This document shows, piece by piece, positions 6,219 to 14,591 of a stretch of DNA of 64,000 nucleotides; the stretch's first letter is position 1, and each line of letters starts with the position of its first letter. This stretch comes from a virus (Duplodnaviria; Caudoviricetes): positions 63,988 to 127,987 of the IMG/VR virus record IMGVR_UViG_3300028832_000004; one strand, 5' to 3'. The notes under the pieces were generated by a model. That model saw nothing but the letters and a program-made list of their open reading frames with translations, had not been told where the DNA came from and did not search any database. A program made the position numbers and the translations under genes.

Positions 6219-6605
6219 ATGTATTTACTCAGGCGCATCATCGAAAATACCAGCGTCGCCAAGCAAAGCGCCACTATACATGTTACGCAGGTAATCCATC
6301 CCGACCTAAACCATTTAATTGAATGTGCGACCCGTATCGGGACATGTACAATTCAAGGCGGAATACATAGGGATGTGATTACAAAGACGCCGAATCAGTC
6401 AACATATCAAGGCTGCGTCTTCATGATCAATTCATCGGACCGCTACCATGACGGCGATTCAGGGTCATATGCCCGGCGTATGCGCATTGCCATTTATAAT
6501 ATCGATAAGGGTTATAGCCCCGGAATTGAACGGGCCGAGATGTGCAAATATATTATATGCGGAGACCCATGGGACGTAGCCCGCGTATTCAATACAATCA
6601 AATAA
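6219..6605 (+). CDS. hypothetical protein
   Basis: AGGAGG RBS. Confidence 0.7.
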   Translation: MYLLRRIIENTSVAKQSATIHVTQVIHPDLNHLIECATRIGTCTIQGGIHRDVITKTPNQSTYQGCVFMINSSDRYHDGDSGSYARRMRIAIYNIDKGYSPGIERAEMCKYIICGDPWDVARVFNTIK

Positions 6606-6613
6606 CCGCAAAA

Positions 6614-6895
6614 ATGAAATACGGAATTATTCTATCGCAAGAATATGACGAAATGCATGAAAAGGCGGCATCCATGGCCATTATCCAGTTTACGGGGGTC
6701 ATGGCCATTGCCGTCATATTCGGCATTATTATAGCAATAATAGCGCTTAAATCCGGCGATTCGGGGAATGGCGCCTCTTACTATAGGCAGGCAGAAAAAC
6801 CGGCGCAAATGCGCGTTTACGGCGAAAGAAACCATTTAGATGAAACGGACTATTATCGCGCATTGTGGCTCACAAATACATTTATAGGCGACTAA
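6614..6895 (+). CDS. hypothetical membrane protein
   Basis: One strong hydrophobic segment (VMAIAVIFGIIIAIIAL). Confidence 0.65.
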   Translation: MKYGIILSQEYDEMHEKAASMAIIQFTGVMAIAVIFGIIIAIIALKSGDSGNGASYYRQAEKPAQMRVYGERNHLDETDYYRALWLTNTFIGD

Positions 6896-7137
6896 TGGGA
6901 AATGAGAAATACATAATCGGACCATATGAAAAAGGCAAAATCTACGAATGCTCTTGGTTTGACAGCGGCATGAACGGCTGTACCGGCCGTTTCAAGGCAG
7001 TCATGCGCAAAGGCCGCATTGTATTCAAGGAGTTGGACGCATCCGGGGTACATTCCCCGGATGCGTTTTATTGCATCGGAAAGGCGGAAGATCAATGGCC
7101 GCACGAACGCATACGCTTCCAACAAATTGAAGACTAG
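6895..7137 (+). CDS. hypothetical protein
   Basis: TAATG overlap with the previous stop. Confidence 0.6.
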   Translation: MGNEKYIIGPYEKGKIYECSWFDSGMNGCTGRFKAVMRKGRIVFKELDASGVHSPDAFYCIGKAEDQWPHERIRFQQIED

Positions 7138-7164
7138 TGTATATTTGGAAAACAGGAGACTTCT

Positions 7165-7701
7165 ATGGAAAAATTCACCAAAGCACAAATCGAAAAAATC
7201 ACGCAATACGCCAAGGAGCATTTCACTGTCGAAAAGGACGCGAAATGGGCGGATTCGTGGGATGTCCTGATGGATGGCTGCTTCATCACGCTTGCCCATA
7301 AGGAATTTGAAAACGAGGGCTGCGCCTACAACATCCCGGTCGGGGATCCGAAACTGGAACTCGCATTCGAACTGGATGGGGAAGTTCTCCTCCTTGTAGA
7401 AAAGGAGATTTCGAAGGTGGAAGCCTATCGCGACTTTGACAAAACAAGCGACAGCCGCGTTGCCTGCATCGGATTCTCGGAAAAGAATCAGGTGTGGACT
7501 GGCTGGTCTCATCGCGCCTACTGCAGTTTCAAGATCGGGGACGAAATCAAGAAGGGCGACCTTGCCGCGGATTCCGGTTGGAACTCCGAATACGAAAAGG
7601 AACACCCCGAAAGATGCTTCAATCTCAAGCCCGGTTTCAAATGCGAAACCCTCGATGATTGTCGCAAGGCAGCTATCGCCTACGCGATGGCAGTGGCTTA
7701 A
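7165..7701 (+). CDS. hypothetical phage protein
   Basis: AGGAG RBS, upstream GTATATT; WTGWSHRA segment. Confidence 0.75.
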   Translation: MEKFTKAQIEKITQYAKEHFTVEKDAKWADSWDVLMDGCFITLAHKEFENEGCAYNIPVGDPKLELAFELDGEVLLLVEKEISKVEAYRDFDKTSDSRVACIGFSEKNQVWTGWSHRAYCSFKIGDEIKKGDLAADSGWNSEYEKEHPERCFNLKPGFKCETLDDCRKAAIAYAMAVA

Positions 7702-7723
7702 CAATTAAATCCCTCTATAAGGA

Positions 7724-7755
7724 AAGCCCCGGAATTGCTTCCGGAGCTTCTTTTA
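7724..7755. terminator. intrinsic terminator between convergent genes
   Basis: AAGCCCCGGA..TCCGGAGCTT followed by T-tract. Confidence 0.65.
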
Positions 7756-7771
7756 TTGAAGGGAGATACGT

Positions 7772-8116
7772 TTATTCTTCAATAATAATTGCACCAGCGG
7801 GCTCGAGATATTCATGGGCGGCGCGATTCTCCATCTTACAGCCGCGGTACTGGTCCCAACCCTTGACAAAATATACAATATCCGCAGTGGACAGAAGTTC
7901 GAAAGCCTTGCCAAGGAACCACAGCGGCTTGGCATTATGCGGGGCATCCTTGAAGAAGGAGTCGATAACTTCGATCTTGCGTTCGCCTTCGGGGACGCCA
8001 AGCTGGGCGTTGACGTAATTCTGTGCGGCTTCGATCGCACGCTTACGTTCGGCTTCGATCTGTTCGTTGGACTTGTCAACCATGGGTTGGGAAATGAAAA
8101 GTCTATGGATAGACAT
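7772..8116 (-). CDS. DUF4406-like (nucleoside 2-deoxyribosyltransferase-fold) protein
   Basis: LFISQPM..ELLSTADIVYFVKGWDQYRGCKMENRAA pattern. Confidence 0.75.
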   Translation of the reverse strand: MSIHRLFISQPMVDKSNEQIEAERKRAIEAAQNYVNAQLGVPEGERKIEVIDSFFKDAPHNAKPLWFLGKAFELLSTADIVYFVKGWDQYRGCKMENRAAHEYLEPAGAIIIEE

Positions 8117-8148
8117 TTTGGATTCTCCTTTATGGATTAAGTGAATAT

Positions 8149-8658
8149 TCATAATGCGCTCCGGCGTGCCCATTCTGCAATGAGAAGTGCGTCCGCGTCC
8201 TTATGCTTGGTAATCAGCTCCGACTGGGTTGGAAACAGGCGGCATCCAATATCCATCGATGCCTTCTTCAATTCCGGCGAGCCTTTGATGCCATGCGGGA
8301 GTAGCTTGCTTTGCCAATCTCTACTATCGCAATACATGTGCGGGAGGCCAAGATCCTCTATGACGCATAGGGTCGCCTCCAACGCGCGTGCGGCGGAGAT
8401 GGATGTTTTGAAACGGAGTGGATTGATGCACGGACGTTCTAGAACGACCAATACATCGCTTGGCGGGGTTTCCGCAATTAGACCGGTTAAAAGTTTTTTA
8501 AGTGCGACATGGTCTATGCGAGAAATGAGCTGTTTCGCCTTCGTGTAGGATTGTTCTTTAAACATAGGGGTGAGAACATACCCCGGGGCAATATCGGTGC
8601 CAACCCACCCGATGGACCCAGAAGTCCCATTGTCAATTGCAATTACTAACTTATGCAT
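8149..8658 (-). CDS. ruvC: RuvC-like Holliday junction resolvase
   Basis: IAIDNGTSG, VVLE, WQ, DADALLIA acidic motifs of phage RuvC-like proteins. Confidence 0.75.
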   Translation of the reverse strand: MHKLVIAIDNGTSGSIGWVGTDIAPGYVLTPMFKEQSYTKAKQLISRIDHVALKKLLTGLIAETPPSDVLVVLERPCINPLRFKTSISAARALEATLCVIEDLGLPHMYCDSRDWQSKLLPHGIKGSPELKKASMDIGCRLFPTQSELITKHKDADALLIAEWARRSAL

Positions 8659-8881
8659 GTTTTCCTTCTTGCTTTAGCTTTTGATATAATTCAGGAGTAC
8701 GCTCTACCTTAGGTAGTTTACGAAAATCTAAGGCGATCGCCGTTGGAAGCCATCCGCGCTTCCCATTGCAGATAGGCGCCCCTTTAGTCCAATGGGAAGT
8801 GCTAGGCCACCGCCCTTTCACAAATACAGACCCATCGGAGCGAACGCGCATTCCAAGTGTAGGATGCATGCATTCTTCCAT
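8651..8881 (-). CDS. hypothetical protein (possible HNH/NUMOD N-terminal remnant)
   Basis: VRSDGSVF start resembles homing-endonuclease N-termini; no HNH core. Confidence 0.4.
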   Translation of the reverse strand: MEECMHPTLGMRVRSDGSVFVKGRWPSTSHWTKGAPICNGKRGWLPTAIALDFRKLPKVERTPELYQKLKQEGKHA

Positions 8882-8884
8882 GAA

Positions 8885-9760
8885 CTAGTCCTTTATTTTC
8901 CAACTGTTAATGGCAAGGGAGCGCAACCACTTTTCCTGATTCGGGAGGGCGACTGCAATTTCTTCTAGGGAATGCGGGATGCCGACATGTTCAAGGCACT
9001 TGCTGTAGGTGCCCAAGAAATGCGGAACGGTGGCATTCGCCCTAATGATGTTTGCCGCGGAATCGCACTCCGGGCCACATTCGATATTGCACAAATACAG
9101 GGCTTCTCGCGCAGCGGCATTCATGGCGGTTTCGCGAATGGCATTTTCGAACTCATCGCGCGTTACCAGCTCCTCGCGAATTACCGGCGGAGGTTCGACC
9201 TTCGGCGATTCAGCGGGCGCAGTTTCAGGTTCGCCTTCAGGTTTCTTATGGGCTTCTGCCTGCTTGACTTTTTCAAGTTCATCCGGTTCCTGCCAATCGC
9301 TCACATTCTCCGGGGTGCACCAATCATCCGTCGGCGGTTCGGCAGGCGCTGCGGCTTCTACCGTAACGGGAACGTTTACCGCATGAACATCATTGCCGCG
9401 TGCCGCATCAAGGTGGGCAACCACGTCCGGCTCGGCGGCGGTAAGCGCAACTGCAATCGCATCTTCAATGTCGGAAGGTTTCTTGGGTTCGGGGAGTGTT
9501 GCCACCTGAATAGGATCGAGGCCATCGCATGCCTCAATGCAGGCGAGGAGAACATCAAAAGTAATGCCATCCAAATTGACGGAGCCGCCATCAAAGGTGA
9601 GGTATTTGAGTTCACCACCGTTTTCGAGGTATTTGAATCTTCCGATTTCGCGGATCTTGCCTTCGGGCGTTCCCGTATATTTTCGGGTACACGGCTGATT
9701 GTAATCGACAACGCCGCACATATAGCGTAATTGCTTAGATTGTGATTTCGTAATATTCAT
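8885..9760 (-). CDS. hypothetical protein with Pro/Glu-rich linker
   Basis: 291-aa ORF. Confidence 0.7.
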   Translation of the reverse strand: MNITKSQSKQLRYMCGVVDYNQPCTRKYTGTPEGKIREIGRFKYLENGGELKYLTFDGGSVNLDGITFDVLLACIEACDGLDPIQVATLPEPKKPSDIEDAIAVALTAAEPDVVAHLDAARGNDVHAVNVPVTVEAAAPAEPPTDDWCTPENVSDWQEPDELEKVKQAEAHKKPEGEPETAPAESPKVEPPPVIREELVTRDEFENAIRETAMNAAAREALYLCNIECGPECDSAANIIRANATVPHFLGTYSKCLEHVGIPHSLEEIAVALPNQEKWLRSLAINSWKIKD

Positions 9761-9782
9761 ATGTAATTATACGAGGTATGCG

Positions 9783-10040
9783 ATGCCAACGGACAAAAAA
9801 GAATATAATCAGGACTACTATAGAAAGCATCCTGATATTTGGAAGAAAAATTATGAGAAGAACGCCCCTGCCCGAAGGGCGCGTGCGCGTTCTTATGCGG
9901 AAAATAAATGGAACAATGACCCGGAATATAAAAAGAAGCATATCGAAAATACCATCAGGCGCACGCGCACCCGGCGCATAGCTGGCGCCATAATCAAAAG
10001 CACCGCCAAGGTGATTTCTGTGCTAGAAAAGCTTTTATAG
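9783..10040 (+). CDS. small basic protein
   Basis: GAGG RBS; K/R/Y-rich helical repeats. Confidence 0.6.
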   Translation: MPTDKKEYNQDYYRKHPDIWKKNYEKNAPARRARARSYAENKWNNDPEYKKKHIENTIRRTRTRRIAGAIIKSTAKVISVLEKLL

Positions 10041-10041
10041 G

Positions 10042-10070
10042 GTGTCTTTTTCAAACGAGGGATGTATATT
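10042..10070 (+). promoter_or_regulatory. phage early promoter, copy 2
   Basis: GTGTCTTTTTCA-AACGAGGGATG-TATATT. Confidence 0.85.
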
Positions 10071-10122
10071 TAAGGTAGGCGGCGATGTTGCCTGCCTTTT
10101 AATTAAACCGAATGAAGGGCTT

Positions 10123-10446
10123 ATGACTGAGAAAATCCAAATCAACGACAGTAATTGGCATTGGTCAAAACCATCCTCTTCGTACAACCATAACTACTAC
10201 TTTGACACGACCGCCAAAGGATCCGGTTGGTTCTTGGAAGAATGCGATGACGACGTGGGCGACTGCCTCTACTATGAATGCAACACTAAACTTGAAAAAA
10301 TCAAATATCTCGGCTACACCAACCGTGAAGGTTCCCATCTTCATCATACTGGCGAATGCCTTGAGCTTGATCCGGATATGCCCCGAACAAGAGCCTATGG
10401 AGTTCACGGCTATCCCAATTTCCGATGGCATCAAGGGAATGTATAA
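10123..10446 (+). CDS. hypothetical protein
   Basis: True start probably ATG 10123, since the track's GTG at 10042 lies inside the promoter. Confidence 0.65.
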   Translation: MTEKIQINDSNWHWSKPSSSYNHNYYFDTTAKGSGWFLEECDDDVGDCLYYECNTKLEKIKYLGYTNREGSHLHHTGECLELDPDMPRTRAYGVHGYPNFRWHQGNV

Positions 10447-10543
10447 ATTCGGGGATTCTACCGATGCCGTCCACTTGAAACGGCTTACTAAACTCGCAAA
10501 CGTATAAAAGCGATTATTACACTAGCATCCCAAAAAAATTAAA

Positions 10544-10939
10544 ATGCAAGACTCTTCCGAAATACCATCTTGGGAAGCCCTTATCGCCACCCGCATGCGC
10601 CCATGTGCTACCATGCCCAAGGAGGTAGACCCCTCAAAGCGGGCCAAGAAAATAAGTGACGCCCGTTTTGGCAAGACGCAAAAGAAACGGGATTCATATA
10701 AGGCATGGGCGCAAACCCCGGCGGGAAAAGAATCCATCAAAAAATCCCATCGCAAGTATGATGCCTCCCCGAAAGGTAAGGCAAACTCGCAGCGTAAACG
10801 GGACAAATATTACGCAACGCATAAGGATGACCCCGAATTCAAGGCCCGAAAAAATGCGCGTAACCGTGCCTACCGGGCCCGTAAGAAAGCAAAGGAATCC
10901 GGTATATTAGAAAACACAATAAAGGATGCTGGCATATGA
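10544..10939 (+). CDS. basic putative DNA-binding protein
   Basis: Repeated [ST]PxGK..K..Y motifs; start may be further downstream. Confidence 0.6.
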   Translation: MQDSSEIPSWEALIATRMRPCATMPKEVDPSKRAKKISDARFGKTQKKRDSYKAWAQTPAGKESIKKSHRKYDASPKGKANSQRKRDKYYATHKDDPEFKARKNARNRAYRARKKAKESGILENTIKDAGI

Positions 10940-11260
10940 AATGGATATGGCTCATTATCGGATGCTTCTTTTGGATAATCGGATGGATTATCCAGCTAAT
11001 ATGTATTTGGACCCATTCGTTGCTCAATTGAATTGAAGAATGGCTCGACTACTGCGAATATCACATTAACAGGTGTGGCCGATGAAAATCTTCCGCTGCG
11101 GCAAATGCCATAAACATTTCCTCGCCGAATACGAGGTGAATAAATGGACGATCGGATGGTGTCCGGAATGCAAGGCCATCCGCCGAATTTACTTCGAGCG
11201 CGAGGATTAACGTGCCATTGTGAATTGATGTTCGTATATTATTCAACAAAGGAAAATCAC

Positions 11261-11344
11261 ATGAAGCAGTATTACGCAAATAATTTCAATTTTGAAGCAG
11301 CGGCCAGTTCCGAGGCTTCGATCTTGCATATACCGCAGCGGTGA
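11261..11344 (+). CDS. putative attenuator leader peptide MKQYYANNFNFEAAASSEASILHIPQR
   Basis: CGTATATT -10 at 11233-11240, AAAGGAAA RBS, 27 codons, ends 25 nt before a terminator that precedes the tRNA cluster. Confidence 0.6.
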   Translation: MKQYYANNFNFEAAASSEASILHIPQR

Positions 11345-11369
11345 TAAACTCCAAAAGAAGTGTAAATGG

Positions 11370-11401
11370 AATCCGCTGCATAAACAGCGGATTTTTTATT
11401 T
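11370..11401 (+). terminator. intrinsic terminator immediately upstream of the tRNA cluster
   Basis: AATCCGCTG-CATAAA-CAGCGGATT then TTTTATTT. Confidence 0.75.
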
Positions 11402-11405
11402 ATAT

Positions 11406-11477
11406 GGCGCCATAGGCAAGCGGTTACGCCTCCGGAATTTCACTCCGGCAACTGCGGTTCGACTCCGCATGGCGCTA
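11406..11477 (+). tRNA. tRNA-Glu(TTC)
   Basis: Cloverleaf; CCGGA-ATTTCAC-TCCGG; T arm TGCGG-TTCGACT-CCGCA; no encoded CCA. Confidence 0.9.
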
Positions 11478-11488
11478 CTAATTATTAC

Positions 11489-11573
11489 GGGCAGTTATGC
11501 AAGCGGCTTTAAAGCACGGTGACTGTAAATCATCTCCCTAACGGGTTCGGGGGTTCGAATCCCTCACGGCCCA
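11489..11573 (+). tRNA. tRNA-Tyr(GTA)
   Basis: GGTGA-CTGTAAA-TCATC, long variable arm, TTCGAAT T loop. Confidence 0.9.
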
Positions 11574-11579
11574 TTATAT

Positions 11580-11652
11580 TGGATTGTAGCTCAATTGGTA
11601 GAGCGCTTGGCCGTTAACCAAGATGTTGCAGGTTCGAGTCCTGCCTTTCCAG
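11580..11652 (+). tRNA. tRNA-Asn(GTT), C33 variant
   Basis: CTTGG-CCGTTAA-CCAAG; two T-T mismatches in the acceptor stem; G73. Confidence 0.85.
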
Positions 11653-11658
11653 CTAAAC

Positions 11659-11740
11659 GGAAGCGTCCCACAACTGGTGGTGGAGCGGTCTTGAAAACCG
11701 CCGGCCATAAGGTTTGGGGGTTCGAATCCCTCCGCTTCCG
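11659..11740 (+). tRNA. tRNA-Ser(TGA)
   Basis: GCGGT-CTTGAAA-ACCGC, long variable arm, G73. Confidence 0.9.
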
Positions 11741-11744
11741 CTAT

Positions 11745-11831
11745 AGAGGCGTGGGTGAGTGGTCTAAACCGCCTCCCTGCTAAGGAGGTACTCTGAGATA
11801 CGAGTCGCTGGTCCGAATCCAGCCGCCTCTA
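11745..11831 (+). tRNA. tRNA-Ser(GCT)
   Basis: CCTCC-CTGCTAA-GGAGG, long variable arm; T loop TCCGAAT, A73. Confidence 0.85.
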
Positions 11832-11900
11832 CGAATTTGCCTAATCTGTTTCAACTTGCCGATCGGCCCTTTCGTATATTTAGATGTACCTGATCCTATC

Positions 11901-11938
11901 AAGCCCCGGACGCCTCTTCCATTGCATCCGGGGCTTTC
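11901..11938 (+). terminator. terminator after the tRNA cluster
   Basis: AAGCCCCGGA..TCCGGGGCTTT. Confidence 0.55.
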
Positions 11939-11975
11939 GTGTAGAATGGCGCAAAACAAAGGTATATTTTCAGGT

Positions 11976-12494
11976 ATGGCACATAGTTATAATGTAATCA
12001 CCAAGCACGCGGATTTTAAGGAGTATATCGCGCTCAAACACCTAGTCCAAATACAGGGCTATGTTACGGACGTTTATCTCCCGATAAAAGGTGAGTATGA
12101 TCCTAAAACGCGTACCGGATCCATCTACAACTCGAAGGACCATGAATATCGATATGCCGACAATCCGGACTTCCAAGCCCGCGTAGCATACACAGACCCG
12201 CAGACGGATATGTTCGATCGGGGGCGCGTAATGGAAGTGAACTACACAAATATCGCATATACGCTCAAGCGCCTGCCTCCGGATATCCCTCCCGCAGGCC
12301 CCGGGCAATATCGGCCCAAATATGCGGATAAATACTGCCCCGGCGATATTGTCCAGTTCTCAAAGCTATACGTGCATTACGGATCTATGGACCTTAGCTA
12401 CTTCGTGCGCCAAATCACAGTTATCCGCAACCCCAACGCCAAGAGCGTGGATGACGAGGCACTGATCCGTCTTGAACTGGTAATCCACATCTAA
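11976..12494 (+). CDS. hypothetical protein (possibly virion head-completion)
   Basis: ATG 11976 after GGTATATT; 172 aa. Confidence 0.6.
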   Translation: MAHSYNVITKHADFKEYIALKHLVQIQGYVTDVYLPIKGEYDPKTRTGSIYNSKDHEYRYADNPDFQARVAYTDPQTDMFDRGRVMEVNYTNIAYTLKRLPPDIPPAGPGQYRPKYADKYCPGDIVQFSKLYVHYGSMDLSYFVRQITVIRNPNAKSVDDEALIRLELVIHI

Positions 12495-12508
12495 CAAAAG
12501 GACACAAT

Positions 12509-12829
12509 ATGCATAGAATACGACTTATCAAACACGAGGCATTGGAGAAGATCAATGCCACCAATGCCACAGAACCGGTAGCGGATATAACATCCCCGAA
12601 GGATATGGACGTGCTGAAGGTGGCGGCGAGTCTTGCAAATGGATACCCCACCACGTGGCGCATCGCAAATGAGCTACGCTTATCCACGCAGACAACCCAA
12701 AAGCGGTTGAATGACCTTATGGCAGCCGGTCTCTTGGAAGTTTCTAAGCGAGGCAACTTCAATTATTATTATCTCACGCCGACTGGCAAGAAGGCTTTAG
12801 CGCGTAGCATGAAGTTTAATTCGCCATAA
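12509..12829 (+). CDS. winged helix-turn-helix protein
   Basis: TTWRIANELRLSTQTTQKRLNDLMAAGLLE..YYLTPTGK (MarR/ArsR-like). Confidence 0.8.
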   Translation: MHRIRLIKHEALEKINATNATEPVADITSPKDMDVLKVAASLANGYPTTWRIANELRLSTQTTQKRLNDLMAAGLLEVSKRGNFNYYYLTPTGKKALARSMKFNSP

Positions 12830-12912
12830 ACGCGCATATAAGCCCGGAAAATAATAAAGGCGCCCAAATACATGGGTGCCTTCTTTTATCGCCTTAAAAA
12901 CGCCGTATTGCG

Positions 12913-13377
12913 CTAGTCGCCATAATCCGCCGGAACGATGGACGCGAAATAAATAGATTCCAGCTCCATTTGATTGCCGGGCATCATTTGCCCAATGCCC
13001 GACAGCCCATACGCCATCTTCCCGGCGCCCTTGAGGATCAATTCCTGTGCGGCACGCCCTTCCGGGGTATTGTGCAAGGCAATGTCGATACAATCGCCTT
13101 GACTACCGCAAACGCGTACCACATGCCCCGCCACCCCGACCTTGCGGCTGGCGAAGGCTTCTGCCGTGACATCCCGCTGTATCACCTCACGCGAGACGGA
13201 TTCCCCGGGGAAGCCAAGGGTCACGCAACGCTGATTTTCGGGGCGCTTCATGAATTCATCAAACGCGCCCGGCGCAATTTCAATATGGCGGTTATTGACC
13301 GGACCGAGAGAAATCTCAACGCGAACGCGCCTCGGATTGCGCGTGAAGAGTCCGGCAAGCCATTTGAAAAATCTCAT
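12913..13377 (-). CDS. degenerate T4 gp21-like prohead protease homolog
   Basis: NNR, LGFP (cf. GELGHP), LHNTPEG (cf. LDTPxG), YGLSGIG (cf. GVSSRGxG). Confidence 0.5.
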   Translation of the reverse strand: MRFFKWLAGLFTRNPRRVRVEISLGPVNNRHIEIAPGAFDEFMKRPENQRCVTLGFPGESVSREVIQRDVTAEAFASRKVGVAGHVVRVCGSQGDCIDIALHNTPEGRAAQELILKGAGKMAYGLSGIGQMMPGNQMELESIYFASIVPADYGD

Positions 13378-13425
13378 ATTGCCTCCTTTGTTAATTTTTG
13401 GCGAATAGTATGCAACCACTTCGCA

Positions 13426-14364
13426 TTACACATCTCGTTTTCCGGAATACGCATATTTCAAGGTAGGGAAGCGCAAGCTGTATTTTCCATCCTGAGCAAC
13501 CGTTTCTTCGAAATACTTAACACAAATGTCCGAACCAATAATTTTAGACGGGTCATTATACCATTCAATACGCTGCTCTCGGGTAAGGCCTGCGCCAACG
13601 TTCACGGTATTCCCCTTATAGTTAATGACTAGGGAACGTACACCTGTAAAAGTTTCGTTGCCTTTACCGGGGATTGCCGTTGTCATTTCACCAACAACTA
13701 CATCCAAAACGGTAGCCTCCAAGTCCGAAAATTTCTTGACCTTCAAAAGATCCTTAGTGCGCCCGGATTGATAAAATGTGTTCTTGCGGAGCATAAAGCC
13801 TTCCCAGTTGCCTTCGGACACGTATCCGGACCAACGGTCGAAGTCGTCCTGGCTGCGGAGAAGTTCCTGCTTGAGCAGCTTGACATAACAACGGTCATGC
13901 GGAAGGGAGGAGTACTCGAATGCCAAGTCAGCAAGGCGCTTGAAGCGAACAGCCAAAATTTCTTTGGACTTGCCTTCGCAGAATTCATCGTAGGTGAGTA
14001 TGTCGAACACCTGATAGCAGCAATCTTCAATCATGTAGTCCTTGCGGCGAATTTCCTTCATCATCGACTGGAAGTCTTCATCGCCGTTAGCGTCTACCTT
14101 GCAAAGTTCGCCGTCGAGAACCCACTTGCCGGTAAGCGGTGCGCAGAAGCGGCTTACGCCGGGCTTGAGATTTTCGAGAGTGGTGAATTCCTTGTTTTGG
14201 CGGGAGCGGAATTCAACAGTGCCTTCATCCACGTCCACGATCGCCACGCACCGGCAATTATGCTTTAAAATTCCATTGCAAAAAAAACAATGGGTACCTT
14301 CCACAGTCAACTCATACGTATCTTGCGGAGGTATTTTAGTAATTCTATTTATGGTCGCAAACAT
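13426..14364 (-). CDS. ATP-dependent DNA ligase, C-terminal part fused to split-intein IntC
   Basis: 36-aa IntC ending ILKHN then CRC; ligase motifs LDGEL, VFDIL, EGFML, LLKVK, SLRFP. Confidence 0.92.
   Translation of the reverse strand: MFATINRITKIPPQDTYELTVEGTHCFFCNGILKHNCRCVAIVDVDEGTVEFRSRQNKEFTTLENLKPGVSRFCAPLTGKWVLDGELCKVDANGDEDFQSMMKEIRRKDYMIEDCCYQVFDILTYDEFCEGKSKEILAVRFKRLADLAFEYSSLPHDRCYVKLLKQELLRSQDDFDRWSGYVSEGNWEGFMLRKNTFYQSGRTKDLLKVKKFSDLEATVLDVVVGEMTTAIPGKGNETFTGVRSLVINYKGNTVNVGAGLTREQRIEWYNDPSKIIGSDICVKYFEETVAQDGKYSLRFPTLKYAYSGKRDV
14257..14364 (-). mobile_element. split intein C-fragment (36 aa)
   Basis: TYELTVEGTHCFFCNGILKHN/C blocks F and G. Confidence 0.9.
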
Positions 14365-14589
14365 GAGCGCCCTCCATTCTAATATGATTCTTTAAAATAA
14401 AATCAACAATGTTTTTATACGAACCATCTTTTACCTGAGATTCCCATATGACATATACGGTATATCCAAAAGATTCAAGATGGCGCTTGCGAATTGCATC
14501 CTGGCGCCATATAGCGGCAGCGCAATAGCGGCAGCGCAATAGAGTGTTACGCGTTCGGGAGCTACCCTAGCCGCACATAAAACATACAT
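14345..14589 (-). pseudogene. remnant of Vsr/DUF559-like homing endonuclease between the intein halves
   Basis: IWRQDAIRKRHLESFGYTVYVIWESQV C-terminal motif; catalytic N-part absent; frameshifted by a 14-bp duplication. Confidence 0.65.
14511..14542. repeat. 14-bp tandem duplication ATAGCGGCAGCGCA x2.3
   Basis: Directly visible in the sequence. Confidence 0.9.
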
Positions 14590-14591
14590 AA

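Noticed and set aside
11276-11305. ANNFNFEAAA resembles an ssrA tag, possibly the missing mRNA domain of the mini-tmRNA
   Set aside because: No stop after AAA, no surrounding pseudoknots, and it lies in an ORF with its own RBS; better explained as a leader peptide
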